NCBI GenBank assembly: GCA_050950825.1 | Contig: JBMNIH010000004.1 | Coordinates: 480,001-544,000 of the forward strand | Source: Clostridia bacterium | Lineage (GTDB): Bacteria > Bacillota > Clostridia > JAAYHZ01 | Length of the DNA: 64,000 bases | Direction: 5' to 3' | Shown: positions 39,998 through 49,946 of the stretch, in pieces | Position numbering within the stretch: the stretch's first letter is position 1 | How the letters are laid out: each line of letters begins with the position of its first letter | Translations under genes and position numbers: made by a program | Notes under the pieces: generated by a model | What the model was told of the DNA's origin: nothing | The model's database searches: none | Seen by the model: the letters and a program-made list of their open reading frames with translations, nothing else

Positions 39998-41558
39998 ATG
40001 AAAAATATTCCTTTTAAAAAAGCCGTTCTGATCGTTCTTGTTTTATGTACATTCATATTCTTTCCATCTGTAATACGGAAGAGAATAACCGTAAATTCGT
40101 GTCTTATGAATCCGTCACCCCTCCTACGGAACAGTTGGATTTGACGGACGTCAGAATACTCATGCCGATGTACTTAATCAACCGGTCGGATCTTTTCACA
40201 ATCGAAGAAATAAGCAATGCTACAAAATTATTATCTTCAAAAACCGAAAAAGCTTTAAATTGCACGGTTACATTTGAACTTACCGAGACCGGCAAATATC
40301 TCTCTCAAATGGAGAATGCGGCCGCTGCAGGGATTTCTTACGATATTGTCTTCCTGATACCAAGCTCATCGAATGAAAACGAAGGTGCCTTTCAATTTGA
40401 TAAGGACATTTTTTTGTACCGGCCCTGGGTGGAAAAAGGATTGATTAAAGATATTACGGAGGATGTAAAAAAATATTTCCCTAAGGGTATCGTCTATACG
40501 GAGCTGATCGATAATGCCAAAGATCCGAACGGCAGGATCTATGCGATTCCCAAAGTCACGAAGGTCTTTGCAGCTTACGGGGTGCTTTGTACCCAAGAAG
40601 TATTGGAAAAATACGGTCGAGAAGAAATAAACGGCTACGCCGACTTCATCAATTTGATCGAATCGAATCTTGACAGAGAAGACCGGCTTTACGTCAAATT
40701 AAATTTTGGCCAATTCTTAAATATATACCTCCAAGATACGAAAAGAGTACCGGTAAGCGGCAGCATTATATACGACCGCAACAACGGAACGGTCAGTTAT
40801 TTGGAAGATACGGAAGTTCCTGAAACGGTTTTCACAAAATACAAGCAATACTGTGATATGGGGATAATCGACTATAAAAACAGCATTTTGCAAGGCTACG
40901 AAGACATCTACGTCCATGAATACATGGACTTCAAATCGTCTACGGGATATTTGTATATCCCGCACTTTGCCGATACCGTAAAAGACCGCTCGCTGTTACT
41001 CATCGGCGGTATAAACAACGACTTGTATTACTATACTTCAAGCTCGGCAATGGCCATATTTACAACATCGCGGCAAACCGAAAGAGCTCTTATGCTTTTG
41101 GAATTGCTGAATTCGGGGAATCGGGAATTTTCGGATATCCTTCGGTTCGGTGTCGAGGATAGGCATTATAAGGTTACGGAGGACAAAAAATCGATTTAAT
41201 CGGTTCTCTCGATATAAAGCAGCTTTTTTGGGGCGATCCGTTGCTGAATTATGATTCGGAAGCTATTGCTCCGTTTGCATTTGAAGAAAACGCGGATGAT
41301 TGGACGGTTTGCATGCTGAATGAGGTAAACAAAAAAACCGGCTACAAAGAAGCGAGGAAAGCCATCTTTACGATGTACCGTTATATGCCCGATGAAATTA
41401 AAGCGTTAGCGGAGAAAAGGGCGCTTCCTTATGGAACGGAAATTTTGGAATATTTCCAACGGGACGACGGGATCAATGAAATTTTGAATAAGCTGCAAGA
41501 GAATCGTGATGAACGCTTGTTCAATTGGGTGAAAGATTATCTGACGCCTAATTCTTAA
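39998..41558 (+). pseudogene. Frameshifted extracellular solute-binding lipoprotein (copy 1)
   Basis: Signal peptide MKNIPFKKAVLIVLVLCTFIFFPS joins C-NTEE after adding 1 nt at about 40069; second -1 shift in the A6 run 41185-41190 (EDKK|IDLIG...FWGDPLLNY); GRIYAIP and ERAL..L..L...FGVED.HY motifs of family-1 sugar SBPs. Confidence 0.65.
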
Positions 41559-41608
41559 ACCGGAAATTTAAATCCGACGGTATGCCAATCGGAAAGGAAG
41601 ATCCGAAT

Positions 41609-43082
41609 ATGAATCAAAAATCAAGGTTGTATCAACGCCGTAAAATCCTCTTTTTTCTCCCGTTTTTTCTTATCCTATCGTTAATATCCTGCGATGTTCC
41701 GGAACGCATCCGTAAGGTAAGCAGCGGGTTTACGTACGGGACGGGTCAAAACCCGGACAGCGAATTGAAATTTGTGAACGTGAAAATCCTTTTACCTGCC
41801 AATGACATCTATCTTTTTTACTCCGACGGTATACAAGAAGCGGCGAATTTGCTATCGTCAAAAACGAAACAAGCATTGAATTGCTCGGTCACTATGGAAC
41901 TCATAGATGCGACCGGATACGAGAAGTATTTGGAAACGGCGGCCGCGTCGGGAATTCCTTACGACATCGTCATTCTAAAGCCGGGAGGAACGAATGAAAA
42001 TCCAAGAGCATACGATTTTCACGAAGAAGAATTTTGGTACACCGATTGGGTGAACAAAGGATTAATCAAAGACATAACCGAGGAAATAGCAACATACTTT
42101 CCGAAAGGGCTGGAATATATCGAAAGGCTCCCGAACGCCAAAAGCTTTGACGATCGGATCTATGCCGTTCCGAAGCTATACAAAGTCTTTCGCGTATACG
42201 GAGCCATTTGCACCCCGGAAGTTATCAAAAACTACGGAAACAATAAGGTTCATACGTATGAGGATTTCATTCGCCTTATCGATGCAAATTTGGAAGCCGG
42301 GGTGAATCTAAATGTTAACTTTGCCTTCTACCAATTGCTGGATATCTATCTTCAAGATGTATCCATGATAAGGCTAATCGCCGATACCGTATACGATATG
42401 ACCGACGGGTCCATCCGAAAAACAGCCGGATGACGATATTTACGTAACCGACTACAGGACTATTAAATACACCGAATTCGGGAACAACCAAGGCCCCTAT
42501 TTTGCAAAAACCGATGCCGATGATTCCTTTCTAATGATCGGCGGGGGAGTAAATGACGTATTTTATTGGACTTCCGATTCGGCAGTGGCTATTTTTATCA
42601 CATCTCCTCAAACGGAAAGAGCCTTGAGACTTTTGGATTTCGTCAATTCGGGAGATGAAGATATAACGGATATCCTTCAATTCGGTGTAAAAGACAAGCA
42701 CTATAAAAAATCACAAGATAAAAAAATCGAATTGCTTGAAGTCGGCACGGTTTTTTGGGGTGAAAGCCTGTTGAATTACGAATCCGAGGCAAGCGTGTTT
42801 TCCTTTGAGGAAAACGCGGATGAATGGAAAGAATGCCTTTTGAACACGAAGGTGAAAGAGATCGTACCGGGTATGCCGAATCAAAAGCTATTCCGGCTGT
42901 TCGGATACTTACCCGAAGAAATGAAACAAGCGGTTCGAGAAAGAACGAGTCTTACCAATACAATAACTTTATTGGAATATATCGAAAAAGAGAACGGGGT
43001 AAATGCATTGCTTACAAAAATGCGGTCCGAGCAAAAAGAGCAATTGCTTGATGCCATTTACCGCATTTTAAAAGGGCATTAA
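41609..43082 (+). pseudogene. Solute-binding lipoprotein paralogue (copy 2) with internal frameshifting deletion
   Basis: Lipobox LISC; colinear with copy 1 (LLSSKT..ALNC.VT, AAA.GI.YDIV, KGLIKDITE, RIYA.PK), but about 28 codons present in copy 1 are absent at about 42415, with a frame change. Confidence 0.7.
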
Positions 43083-43128
43083 AAAATCGGTCGCTATCGG
43101 CCGATTTTTCATTGGAAATTGAATTTTC

Positions 43129-44322
43129 TTATCGCATGAAGCTCTCCGCTAAAAAGACGCCTTTTTCGTAGAAAATACCTGTTTTCGCTGCGTTTTCTTC
43201 CGTGAAAGGCAATGTGCCGTTACCGCAGTCTCCTTTTTTGTAAACGGTAAAGGGGACTGCGTCCCGTGTATGGGTTCTTACCGACAGGGGAGTAGGATGG
43301 TCCGCGAGAGCCATGATTTTAAAATCGTCGTATTGCTCCAGTTCGGCGAGAACCGGCCCTACGATTTTTTCGTCGATCAGCTCGATAGACCGAACCTTGT
43401 TCATGACTTCGTTTCGATGTCCGCACTCATCCGGAGCTTCGATATGGACGAAGACAAAATCATATCCGTTTCTCAATCCTTCAATGCAAGCTTTTGCTTT
43501 TCCGCTGTAATCGGTATTGAAATTTCCAGTAGCGCCTTTGACTTTAAGAACATCCATCCCTGCACAGACTCCGATACCCTGCACCAAGTCCACCGCTGCA
43601 ATTACGGCACCCTTCATTCCGTATTTGGATTCAAAGGAGGGCAATACGGTTTTTTTACCGGCTCCCCAGAACCAAACGGAATTGGCGGGATTCAAGCCCT
43701 TTTCCATACGGGCAAGATTCACGGGATGCTTCTTTAAAACGTCATGGCTTTCCTTCATAATCTTCAATGCCACGGGATCCGAAGGCAAATAATTCGTAAT
43801 TTTCTTTCCCGTAATATCATGAGGCGGCGTAAGCTGCATATTTGTCGGCCCGTTGCCCCAAACAAAAAGATGACGGTAGCTGATGCCCGGATAAAAACGC
43901 ATGTCCGATAAATTCAATTCTTCGTTCAAAGCTTTGATCAAGAAGGCGGCTTCTTCGGAGCTGATTTCATCCGCACAATAGTCGACCAGCGTCTTGTCTT
44001 CATAGATAGGTTCGTCCGATAAGGTGATAAGATTGCATCTGGCGGCGATATCCGTATCTTTTAAGGGAACCCCCATGCTGGCCGCTTCGATGGGAGATCG
44101 GCCGGTAAAATACTTTTCGGGATCGTACCCTAATACGCTTAAATTGGCTACGGCGCTGCCCGGAGCCAGACTGTCCGGAACGTTTTTTACCATTCCCCCC
44201 GTACCCTTTTGAAACATCTTATCCATATGGGGTGTTCTTGCATATTCGAGAGGAGTTTTATCGCAAAGAGCCGGGATGGGGTAATCCGCCATCCCGTCTA
44301 ACAATATAATTACATGTTTCAT
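43129..44322 (-). CDS. apgM: Cofactor-independent phosphoglycerate mutase, archaeal-type (ApgM family)
   Basis: DGMAD, TPLEYARTP, PGSAVANL, GRSPIEA, GISYRHL, HIEAPDECGH, ADHPTP...H...VP. Confidence 0.88.
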   Translation of the reverse strand: MKHVIILLDGMADYPIPALCDKTPLEYARTPHMDKMFQKGTGGMVKNVPDSLAPGSAVANLSVLGYDPEKYFTGRSPIEAASMGVPLKDTDIAARCNLITLSDEPIYEDKTLVDYCADEISSEEAAFLIKALNEELNLSDMRFYPGISYRHLFVWGNGPTNMQLTPPHDITGKKITNYLPSDPVALKIMKESHDVLKKHPVNLARMEKGLNPANSVWFWGAGKKTVLPSFESKYGMKGAVIAAVDLVQGIGVCAGMDVLKVKGATGNFNTDYSGKAKACIEGLRNGYDFVFVHIEAPDECGHRNEVMNKVRSIELIDEKIVGPVLAELEQYDDFKIMALADHPTPLSVRTHTRDAVPFTVYKKGDCGNGTLPFTEENAAKTGIFYEKGVFLAESFMR

Positions 44323-45197
44323 TAAGCGAGCTCCACCAACCTCTTCAAGTTGTTAAAACCGATTTCAATGGCACTGATGGTTTCTTCCATTCCTTCGAAT
44401 TCGATGGATAATGTTTTGTTGTATCCGTTCTTCTTCATGATACGGATGCATTGGAGGAGAGGAACATTACCGTGGCCGATGATCGCTCCTCTTAAGAAAT
44501 TACCGCCTCGGGACGTAAACCAGCCGGTGCCCGGATTCGGTTCCAAACCGGATTTCACATGGAAGTCCTTAGCATGGACATGGAATGCATAGGGCATTAA
44601 GCGTCCGATGGCATCGCAAGGATTTTCGTCTACGCACAAGAAGTTGCCGATATCCACTAACACACCGAAGTTCACGTGATTGACGCCGCAAATGAGTTTT
44701 TCCACGCGTTCGCTGTCTTGGCAGAAGAATCCGTGGTTTTCAACCATAGTCTTGATACCTTTTTCGGCGGCATATTCCGTTACGGCACGGCATCCTGCAA
44801 TCAAGCGAGGCAGTGCATCGTTGAAGCTTTTCGCCTGCTGCGGATAGTCGCTTTTGAATCCGGAAGTCGCATCGTGACGCATTCCGGGGCTGCCTAACAA
44901 TTCGGCGATATCCACTTCGCCTTTGACTCTTTCGATTTCCGCTTGCAAGTCACCGCCGGATCCGTTGATGAAGTCCGCTCCGATGGTGTAATTTCCAACT
45001 TCGATACCTACTTCTTCGCACTTTTCTTTGATTTTCGGTGCAAACGTTTTCAACGTTTCGCCTTCCGGTAATACAATGGTGGAAAATTCAATGACGTCAA
45101 AACCGATTTCCTTTGCTTTTACAATAGCGTCCAATGTGGTCATCTTTCCGGCACGAATCGGCCTGGAAAAGCTGTAGGAACTAACGCCAATTTTCAT
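44322..45197 (-). CDS. Sugar phosphate isomerase/epimerase (IolE/xylose-isomerase-like TIM barrel)
   Basis: VENHG, DIGNF, HVHAKD, SIEFEG metal ligands; TAATG overlap with apgM. Confidence 0.88.
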   Translation of the reverse strand: MKIGVSSYSFSRPIRAGKMTTLDAIVKAKEIGFDVIEFSTIVLPEGETLKTFAPKIKEKCEEVGIEVGNYTIGADFINGSGGDLQAEIERVKGEVDIAELLGSPGMRHDATSGFKSDYPQQAKSFNDALPRLIAGCRAVTEYAAEKGIKTMVENHGFFCQDSERVEKLICGVNHVNFGVLVDIGNFLCVDENPCDAIGRLMPYAFHVHAKDFHVKSGLEPNPGTGWFTSRGGNFLRGAIIGHGNVPLLQCIRIMKKNGYNKTLSIEFEGMEETISAIEIGFNNLKRLVELA

Positions 45198-45209
45198 GTT
45201 CTTTACCTC

Positions 45210-46259
45210 CTAAAAACATATTTCTCTGCCTGTTTCGGCTGATTTGTAACCTGCTTCAATAATCTTTGTCACCATTAAGCCGTCTTCTCCCGGACTTTTG
45301 CAGGGGATCCCTAAGGTGACGCATTCGACAAAATGCTTGATTTCTCTTCGGAAACCTTCACGGAAATCGAATTGCGCTTTTTTTGCCGGAAGGATGTCCA
45401 CCATCCGTCCGGACATGGTTGTATAGAGTTCCACATCGGGTTCGATTTTCGCTCCGGCTTTATCGCCGAAAAGCTCGATTCGGCCCGAAGGCGACTTAAT
45501 GTTTAAGCAAAAGCTGGTATCAAGATAAAAGACGGCTCCGTTGTCATACTTGATGTATAGGGTGGCCATGTCCTCTACATTAAATATATCCGCTTTTCTT
45601 GTGCTTGAGATTTCTCCCGCATCCTTGAGATCGGGTTTTCCTAGCTTGTACGATACGGAACCGCTGACCGTTAAGGGTTTGGGATTCCCCATTAAATAGC
45701 GGCACAGGTCGATGCAGTGTACCCCAAGATCAATCAAAGGTCCTCCTCCGGACTTGGCCTTGTTTCCAAACCATCCTCCGGGGAAACCGTATCTTCTTAA
45801 GTAGGATGCCTTAACGTAATAAATATCGCCGAACAACCCTTGATTTTTTAAATCCATAATAAGGTCCGCATCGTCACCGAATCTTCTTACAAAGCCGATC
45901 ATTAAAACCTTGCCGGATTCTTTGGACGCATCCAGTATTTGCCGGGCTTGCTCCGATGTAATGGCCATGGGTTTTTCAAGCAAAACATGTTTTCCGGCTT
46001 TTAATGCGTTAATGGCAATTTCCGCATGCGCATCGTGACTTGTGCAGATGCTGACGACATCGACATCCGACTTTTCTAACAAGTCCCTGTGGTCCGTGTA
46101 TTGCTCGGGAATAGCGTATTTTTTACAAACATCATCCAATTTTTCCGAATCAATATCGCATCCGGATACAATATCAACATTTTTTAACTGCCGGTACCCG
46201 TCGATATGCATATGACTGATTCCGCCGGTACCGATAATACCCACTCTTAATTTTTCCAT
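45210..46259 (-). CDS. Gfo/Idh/MocA family NAD-dependent oxidoreductase
   Basis: GIIGTGGI, HVLLEKPMA, GGGPLIDLGVH.ID. Confidence 0.92.
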   Translation of the reverse strand: MEKLRVGIIGTGGISHMHIDGYRQLKNVDIVSGCDIDSEKLDDVCKKYAIPEQYTDHRDLLEKSDVDVVSICTSHDAHAEIAINALKAGKHVLLEKPMAITSEQARQILDASKESGKVLMIGFVRRFGDDADLIMDLKNQGLFGDIYYVKASYLRRYGFPGGWFGNKAKSGGGPLIDLGVHCIDLCRYLMGNPKPLTVSGSVSYKLGKPDLKDAGEISSTRKADIFNVEDMATLYIKYDNGAVFYLDTSFCLNIKSPSGRIELFGDKAGAKIEPDVELYTTMSGRMVDILPAKKAQFDFREGFRREIKHFVECVTLGIPCKSPGEDGLMVTKIIEAGYKSAETGREICF

Positions 46260-46297
46260 GACGAATTCCTCAACATTCAACAATCTTTCCGAAAGAC

Positions 46298-47149
46298 TCA
46301 GCGTCCGATCAGTTCCTTCAAGAATTGAACGGCTTTGCGAATATCTTTCTCCGGATCCGGGCCCACTTCTCTTTCAATGGTTAAGAATCCCTTGTATCCG
46401 GTTGATGCCAATGCTTTCAGATATTCCGGGAAATTCACGTCGCCTTCGCCTAAAGGAACTTCCTTAAATGCGGGAGGCATGTCTTTCGGTCTGGGAGCCA
46501 AACCGTATATGATTTCTCGGTCGGTTTTGTTCAGCATAATTCCGTCTTTTGCGTGGGTATGAACGATATAGTCTCCTAAAACCGTAGCGGCATCCTTCGC
46601 CGGCTCTCCGATTACCATCACGAGGTTGGCCGGATCGAAATTGACGCGTACACCGCGGCTATTCAAGCTGTCTAAGAATTTTTTAAGCAACGTTGAAGAT
46701 TCCGGGCCGGTTTCCACGGCGAAATAGGCGCCGATTTGGTCACCGTATTCTCCCAGCTGCTCGCATGCTTCCTGCATGGTTTTCCAACGGTCGCTTGTAT
46801 CGTCGTCGGGAACGGCGCCGATATGGGTAGTTACCACGTCGGTTTCCAAATCCTTCGCAAGGTCCATTACCTTTTTCGAATCTTCGATTCTTTTCGGATT
46901 CAAGGACGGATCGCAAAAGCCGGGATGTCCGAAATCGCCTACCAATGCGGAAACAACCAAGCCGTGAGATTTGATCATATCCAGCAATTCTTTTCTTTTT
47001 GCCGGGGTCAAATTGTCGGGATGCATTTCTCCGCGAGACGCATAAATCTGAATGCCTTCCGCGCCGACTTCGGCGGCTTTTTTAATGCCTTCCGGAATGC
47101 TTAATCTAAAAGAATTTACGATAACACCAATTTTAAAATCCATTGTCAA
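46298..47149 (-). CDS. Sugar phosphate isomerase/epimerase (TIM barrel)
   Basis: TTHIG, AVETGPE, NFDPANL, HTHAKD, TIERE. Confidence 0.88.
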   Translation of the reverse strand: MTMDFKIGVIVNSFRLSIPEGIKKAAEVGAEGIQIYASRGEMHPDNLTPAKRKELLDMIKSHGLVVSALVGDFGHPGFCDPSLNPKRIEDSKKVMDLAKDLETDVVTTHIGAVPDDDTSDRWKTMQEACEQLGEYGDQIGAYFAVETGPESSTLLKKFLDSLNSRGVRVNFDPANLVMVIGEPAKDAATVLGDYIVHTHAKDGIMLNKTDREIIYGLAPRPKDMPPAFKEVPLGEGDVNFPEYLKALASTGYKGFLTIEREVGPDPEKDIRKAVQFLKELIGR

Positions 47150-47284
47150 GACTCCCTTCGTATTTGTAAATTATTATACCACAGGAAACCTTGCCTGCAA
47201 GCGAATAAGCATATGGAAATAGCACTTAACATTTAAATATTATTGATATATAATGAAAAAGATCTTAGAACGGAGGTCGAAAAC

Positions 47285-48325
47285 ATGGATAAAAAGGTTA
47301 GAATCGGTTTGATAGGTGTTGGAAATATCGCTCAAAATGCTCACATTCCTGCCTATTTGAAGCAAAAGGATGTAGAGTTGGTGGCATGCTACGATATTAA
47401 AGCGGAAAGAGCAAAGGAAGTGGCGGCAAAATACGGCATGACGGCGGAAGATTCTCTGGAAGCTTTGGTAGCTCGGGACGATTTGGATGCGGTCAGTGTT
47501 TGCACATGGAACAATGGACATGCTCAAGCAACCATTGCGGCATTAAAAGCCGGCAAACACGTATTATGCGAAAAGCCCATGGCAATGAATCCTGCGGAAT
47601 GCGAAGCCATGATCGCCGCCCAAAAAGAAAGCGGCAAATTGCTCATGATGGGTTTTGTATATCGTTTTTCCGCTTCGGCGAAAGCTATTAAGGCCATGAC
47701 GGACGAAGGAAGATTCGGAAACATTTATCATGCACGTGCGGGAATTTTAAGAAGAAGAGGAACTCCCTTAGGATGGTTTACCGATCTGTCGAAATCCGGA
47801 GGCGGTCCCGTTATCGATATCGGTGTTCATGTTATCGATTTGACCTGGTATCTCATGGGCAAGCCGAAGCCTGTCAGTGTTTGCGCCCAAGTGCATAACC
47901 GAATCGGTGATTACAAAACAAAGGGCGTTAGCCGCTGGGAAGCTTTGGATAAGGATAATTTGGTATTTGAAACGGAAGACTCCGCTGCAGGTATCGTAAA
48001 ATTCGAAAACGACGTATCGATGATTTTTGAAGTCAGCTGGGCGATTAACGGCCAAGAAGAAGGAGTTACGGCAAAAATTTACGGAGATAAAGCCGGAGCA
48101 AGCTACAACCCGTGTAAAATCTACGGTGAAGAAGCCGGATATCTTTCCGATAACGACATTAATGCAGGCAGAGAGGATAACTTCTATAACGAAATTCGAC
48201 ACTTTATTGACTGCATAAAAGGAGACGCCCAATGCATCGCCACGGGAGAAGACGGCTTGGTCGTTCAAAAAATCTTAAACGGCATTTACCAATCTTCCGC
48301 CGAAAAGAGAGAAATCATTCTGTAA
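47285..48325 (+). CDS. Gfo/Idh/MocA family oxidoreductase (divergent paralogue)
   Basis: GLIGVGNIA, HVLCEKPMA, GGGPVIDIGVH.ID; start 47285 after GGAGG. Confidence 0.92.
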   Translation: MDKKVRIGLIGVGNIAQNAHIPAYLKQKDVELVACYDIKAERAKEVAAKYGMTAEDSLEALVARDDLDAVSVCTWNNGHAQATIAALKAGKHVLCEKPMAMNPAECEAMIAAQKESGKLLMMGFVYRFSASAKAIKAMTDEGRFGNIYHARAGILRRRGTPLGWFTDLSKSGGGPVIDIGVHVIDLTWYLMGKPKPVSVCAQVHNRIGDYKTKGVSRWEALDKDNLVFETEDSAAGIVKFENDVSMIFEVSWAINGQEEGVTAKIYGDKAGASYNPCKIYGEEAGYLSDNDINAGREDNFYNEIRHFIDCIKGDAQCIATGEDGLVVQKILNGIYQSSAEKREIIL

Positions 48326-48424
48326 TTGTAATTTGAAAATTTGAACGATTGAAAAATATTGCAATAGAAATAGCCTGCTCACGCAGGCTATTTGACTTAT
48401 AAAATGAATTTTTATCTTAATATA

Positions 48425-48676
48425 TTAACCTCTTAGCAAGCTTTCTCTTGCTACTCGGTTCCAAGCAGGTACTTGTGTTTCCACTCTTTTGTAAGAGCGA
48501 ACGACCAGTTTTTCCGATGCTTCCGTATATGCCTTAACGGCAGCCGTTATAACCGCTAATAATTCATCTTCCGACCCTTGGGGAGAAATCTCCTCAATTT
48601 CATAGGATACTTTTTTAATGCCGTCGTCTATAATGCTTTCGTCTTTTTTTCCGAATAATTTATCAAAAAAACCCAA
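48425..48676 (-). CDS. Small protein resembling the cytoplasmic part of OadG/decarboxylase gamma-delta subunits
   Basis: DELLAVITAAVKAY...LVVRSYKR...AWNRVARE; TTG start after GGAGG. Confidence 0.6.
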   Translation of the reverse strand: MGFFDKLFGKKDESIIDDGIKKVSYEIEEISPQGSEDELLAVITAAVKAYTEASEKLVVRSYKRVETQVPAWNRVARESLLRG

Positions 48677-48848
48677 CGTTTATTACCTCCTGCATTTCGA
48701 TACCAATGAAGAATGTTCTTCCAAATTGGCTTCTAAGTAAATTTATCACAACGACCGTGAATAGTCAATAACACAAAAAATCAAAGTTACTAGAATTTAC
48801 AACGGTATAAACATAAAAAAATGAGCAAACTATGAGCGGAGGTGAAAT

Positions 48849-49841
48849 ATGTTGAAAAAAACTTTCAAAACCGCGATTATAGGAGTAATCATAGCCGCGT
48901 TGGCATTAGCATTCATAGGATGCGATATTGAAAATCCTAATACTCCCGGAACGACAACAACCCCCGGAGTTACTACAACCCCTAGAATAACCGGAACGAC
49001 GAACAATACGACGGGAACCCCGGCGATAACCGGTACAACGACAAATAATACGACGACAGGAACCGGAACTCCTACGACTACCGGTACAAAAGGTAGAGCC
49101 GGCAACATGCCCGGGATGAGAAACGGCGCGAGAAACGGAGCTGACATAGGCGGGAGACTATTCGGCTCCGCTCCCGATTTATACCCCGGCGGTAATTTAT
49201 TTGATAACGGTTTAAACGGCAATAACGGGTATCCTTACGGAAATCCAACCGGACATTTCGTTAACGGTTATCCTAACGGAACCCATGGAAGCGACGGATA
49301 CAGCGAATATGCTTTCGGTTTCAACGGATATTGGAATGACGGAGATTTTCATGCTACCGATGGAGGGTATGTAGAAGATAACGTAAGAAAATACGGAAGT
49401 GCCGTCAGAAGGGGAAGAGCCAACGCACCCGGATCTCTCGGTTTTTTCGGAAATACGCCTAACCGAAATTTCGACCCGAATACCGTTATGAACAGGATTC
49501 AAGAAAACAATCGGCTTTGTAAGATTGCCGATGACATTAAAAGGGATGTCAAGGGAATGAAAGAGGTTCGGGATGCGGAAGTGTGCGTAACGGACGACAG
49601 CGTGTTTATCGGAATCAAACCGGGAATGTATGCCGGCAATCTCAATAATTTGAAAAACATCATTCAAGAAAAAGCGAAGAGCAAGTTCCCCCAAGCCGAA
49701 TACGTTCATATTACCGACGATAACTTGAATATGCAAACGATTCGACGCTCTTATGCGAAAATGAAAAACAGCAACATAGACGCAACCCGGCTCAACGAAA
49801 TGCTGCAAGTCGTAAGAGACGAAGCGTTATTGGAAAGATAG
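48849..49841 (+). CDS. YhcN/YlaJ-family sporulation lipoprotein with Thr/Gly/Asn-rich N-terminal region
   Basis: Lipobox FIGC; C-terminal IADDIKRDV...V.DA.V.V....V.IG...I....K...P....V.IT.D pattern of YhcN/YlaJ. Confidence 0.65.
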   Translation: MLKKTFKTAIIGVIIAALALAFIGCDIENPNTPGTTTTPGVTTTPRITGTTNNTTGTPAITGTTTNNTTTGTGTPTTTGTKGRAGNMPGMRNGARNGADIGGRLFGSAPDLYPGGNLFDNGLNGNNGYPYGNPTGHFVNGYPNGTHGSDGYSEYAFGFNGYWNDGDFHATDGGYVEDNVRKYGSAVRRGRANAPGSLGFFGNTPNRNFDPNTVMNRIQENNRLCKIADDIKRDVKGMKEVRDAEVCVTDDSVFIGIKPGMYAGNLNNLKNIIQEKAKSKFPQAEYVHITDDNLNMQTIRRSYAKMKNSNIDATRLNEMLQVVRDEALLER

Positions 49842-49946
49842 CGAAGCATTTGTCCATGTATTTTCCTGAGGGCATTATGCCTGCGGAATTTTTTTTAGCC
49901 GTAAAAAAGCACCCGTCTTTTCGAGAGGTGCTTTTACGAACCGTCT

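Noticed and set aside
48830-49222. Val/Pro-rich 130-aa antisense ORF
   Set aside because: Shadow of the Thr-rich codons of the lipoprotein on the plus strand; no RBS or family motifs.
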